Positions 25,197 to 26,764 of a DNA stretch of 26,764 nucleotides are shown piece after piece. Numbering within the stretch: position 1 is the stretch's first letter; each line of letters begins with the position of its first letter. The notes beneath the pieces were generated by a model. It was not told where the DNA came from. It worked only from the letters and a program-made list of their open reading frames with translations, and did not search any database. The DNA comes from a virus (Duplodnaviria > Caudoviricetes): positions 1-26,764 of IMG/VR virus record IMGVR_UViG_3300031519_000180; one strand, written 5' to 3'. Position numbers and translations under genes: made by a program.

Positions 25197-26764
25197 ATGT
25201 GTTTTGGTGGTAAAGGTGGTGGCGGAAATCAAGGTGGCGGATCAAGTCAGGAAGATGGTGAGGTAAGAAAAGCCCACAGAGAAGCAGGAATTTCAGCGGC
25301 TGATACAAGACGTTACTTTAGAGAGAAAGAAAACCCAGCGCATATGAGAAACAAAAATGCGCCTGGCGGCACTACATCTGTTTCTCATTCTAGGGATGAA
25401 GGTGGAAACTTAGTGGCGAAACAAGTTGAGTATGGTCAGGGAAGTTTTGCTCCACCTCAAGGCTTTAGAGAGGGCGACCAAAGTTTAGCTGTGAACCAAC
25501 AAAAAGCAATTCGTAGAGATTTTATAAGAGATAATAAATATTTACCTGACCGTGACTCGTTAAGTAAAATGTTAGTTAATCAGGATCTAAGCAGAACTGG
25601 AAAATACCAAGCTAGGTCTAATCAATTTAGAGGTAAAACACCTGGAGAAATAGAGGCTATCAGGACGGTAAATAGAAAGAAAAACCCTGCTGATAAAGAT
25701 GGCGATGGCAGTTGGCTTACGTCTACTGATAATTCTGGAATTGTTTACGGCATTGGTACGACGACAAACCCTGATGGGAGTATGAGTGGTTCTGGTGGAC
25801 AGCCTGCTATTTATGATCCAAATTTACCAGAAGGTTACCGAGGTATTCCACAGGTAGACCCTAACAGGGCTGTAGACCCTAATTTAACTACGTTTGGTAA
25901 GTTTATGAGGAAAGCAGGAGGGCCAATAGTTGCAAATATGATGGGACCATTAGCTCCAGTAGCTGGTGCTATGCTTCTTGCAAATAAATATCCCGATAAG
26001 ATTCCAAGTTTTTTAACGGGAAGAGGAACGTATTCCCCTGCCTATGATGAACCCATTGGGCCAAATAGGCCATCAATAGTTGCACCACCAAATCAAAGTG
26101 AAACGAGTTCGACTAGTACATCAAATAGTGCATTGAGCCGTATTCAATCACCATACCCACAAAAACGTCCTACAGTAAATGCTGGCTCGCCTGTGTTTGA
26201 TCGCTCGGTAGAACGTCTAAAAAATATAGGTATAGTAAATGCAGGTTCACCTGTGTTTGATCGCTCGGTAGAGGGTTTAAAAAATATGGGTACATCAGAT
26301 ATTGGCGCATTGAGTTCGCCTGTGTTTCGCCCACAATTACGTCCAGCAAGTATGAATGTAAGCACTCTTGCTGACGCTAATAAAGGGGAGACTATTATGG
26401 TAGATGGTATCCCAAAACAATATGCGAAAAAAGTGCCAGTTTCAACGTATTTTAGAATGGATGACCCACTTGGAAATGATAATAATGATAATTTTGATCA
26501 AGTAATGCCTCCACCAGACGAGCCAGAGACAGGTTCACCATCGCCAGATTTAAATTATGCACAATGGATGCCAAACAGTGAATATATAGGAGCAAGCTCT
26601 TACGGAGGCCCATTTTCATCTGCTTCTCAAAACTTTGCAAGCGTTCTCCCTCCGAGCATATACAGTACAGGTGGGTCGTCTAATTCTGTTCCAACAAGAT
26701 TTGTTAATGACAGGACAAAGCAATACTTTACAGCACCTAACGACAGCTATTACGCTGAAGAAAA
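25197..26764 (+). CDS. Long low-complexity virion-associated protein beginning MCFGG (3' truncated; not in ORF track)
   Basis: ATG 25197 after GAGGA. By my reading the frame stays open to the window end (>520 codons): MCFGGKGGGGNQGGGSSQEDGEVRKAHREAG.... Confidence 0.75.
   Translation, partial: MCFGGKGGGGNQGGGSSQEDGEVRKAHREAGISAADTRRYFREKENPAHMRNKNAPGGTTSVSHSRDEGGNLVAKQVEYGQGSFAPPQGFREGDQSLAVNQQKAIRRDFIRDNKYLPDRDSLSKMLVNQDLSRTGKYQARSNQFRGKTPGEIEAIRTVNRKKNPADKDGDGSWLTSTDNSGIVYGIGTTTNPDGSMSGSGGQPAIYDPNLPEGYRGIPQVDPNRAVDPNLTTFGKFMRKAGGPIVANMMGPLAPVAGAMLLANKYPDKIPSFLTGRGTYSPAYDEPIGPNRPSIVAPPNQSETSSTSTSNSALSRIQSPYPQKRPTVNAGSPVFDRSVERLKNIGIVNAGSPVFDRSVEGLKNMGTSDIGALSSPVFRPQLRPASMNVSTLADANKGETIMVDGIPKQYAKKVPVSTYFRMDDPLGNDNNDNFDQVMPPPDEPETGSPSPDLNYAQWMPNSEYIGASSYGGPFSSASQNFASVLPPSIYSTGGSSNSVPTRFVNDRTKQYFTAPNDSYYAEE
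26174..26293 (+). repeat. 60-bp in-frame tandem duplication (VNAGSPVFDRSVE.LKN.G x2, plus partial SPVF)
   Basis: agtaaatgc.gg.tc.cctgtgtttgatcgctcggtaga at 26174 and 26234. A partial third copy lies near 26314. Confidence 0.9.

Noticed and set aside
1-26764. Alternative genetic code, introns/inteins or prophage boundaries
   Set aside because: Genes are full length in the standard code and use all three stops. TerL, helicases and portal show no obvious insertions. No integrase, att site or host genes were seen.

Overview
A roughly 27 kb segment of a tailed dsDNA phage genome, probably a podovirus. A marine Alphaproteobacterial host is inferred from gene content and promoter style only. Order: (1) end of the virion module, with a partial GNAT acetyltransferase and three P22 gp7/gp20/gp16-like ejection proteins; (2) a seven-gene block of exported or membrane proteins with no recognisable endolysin; (3) a leftward two-gene early cassette including a SprT-like metalloprotease; (4) a DNA modification and replication operon: N6-adenine MTase, Mom-like GNAT, SNF2 helicase, MarR-like wHTH, HNH nuclease, PD-(D/E)XK nuclease, a ribbon-helix-helix (RHH) regulator missing from the ORF track, RecE-like exonuclease, SSB, primase-helicase, an iteron/IHF origin candidate and DUF6378; (5) a second, rightward two-gene early cassette; (6) packaging genes terS, terL and portal, then a long ORF starting MCFGG that runs off the end. 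No integrase, DNA polymerase, RNA polymerase, major capsid gene, tRNA or CRISPR array was seen. The most striking unexplained signal is a non-coding regulatory circuit. A structured, terminator-ended RNA of about 100 nt (19624-19725) carries UGUUUCUCCCA, which can form 10-11 contiguous base pairs with the ribosome-binding sites of all four genes in the two early cassettes. Those cassettes also share promoter-spacer boxes and a near-identical intergenic hairpin. All protein calls come from motif recognition by eye, with no database search.
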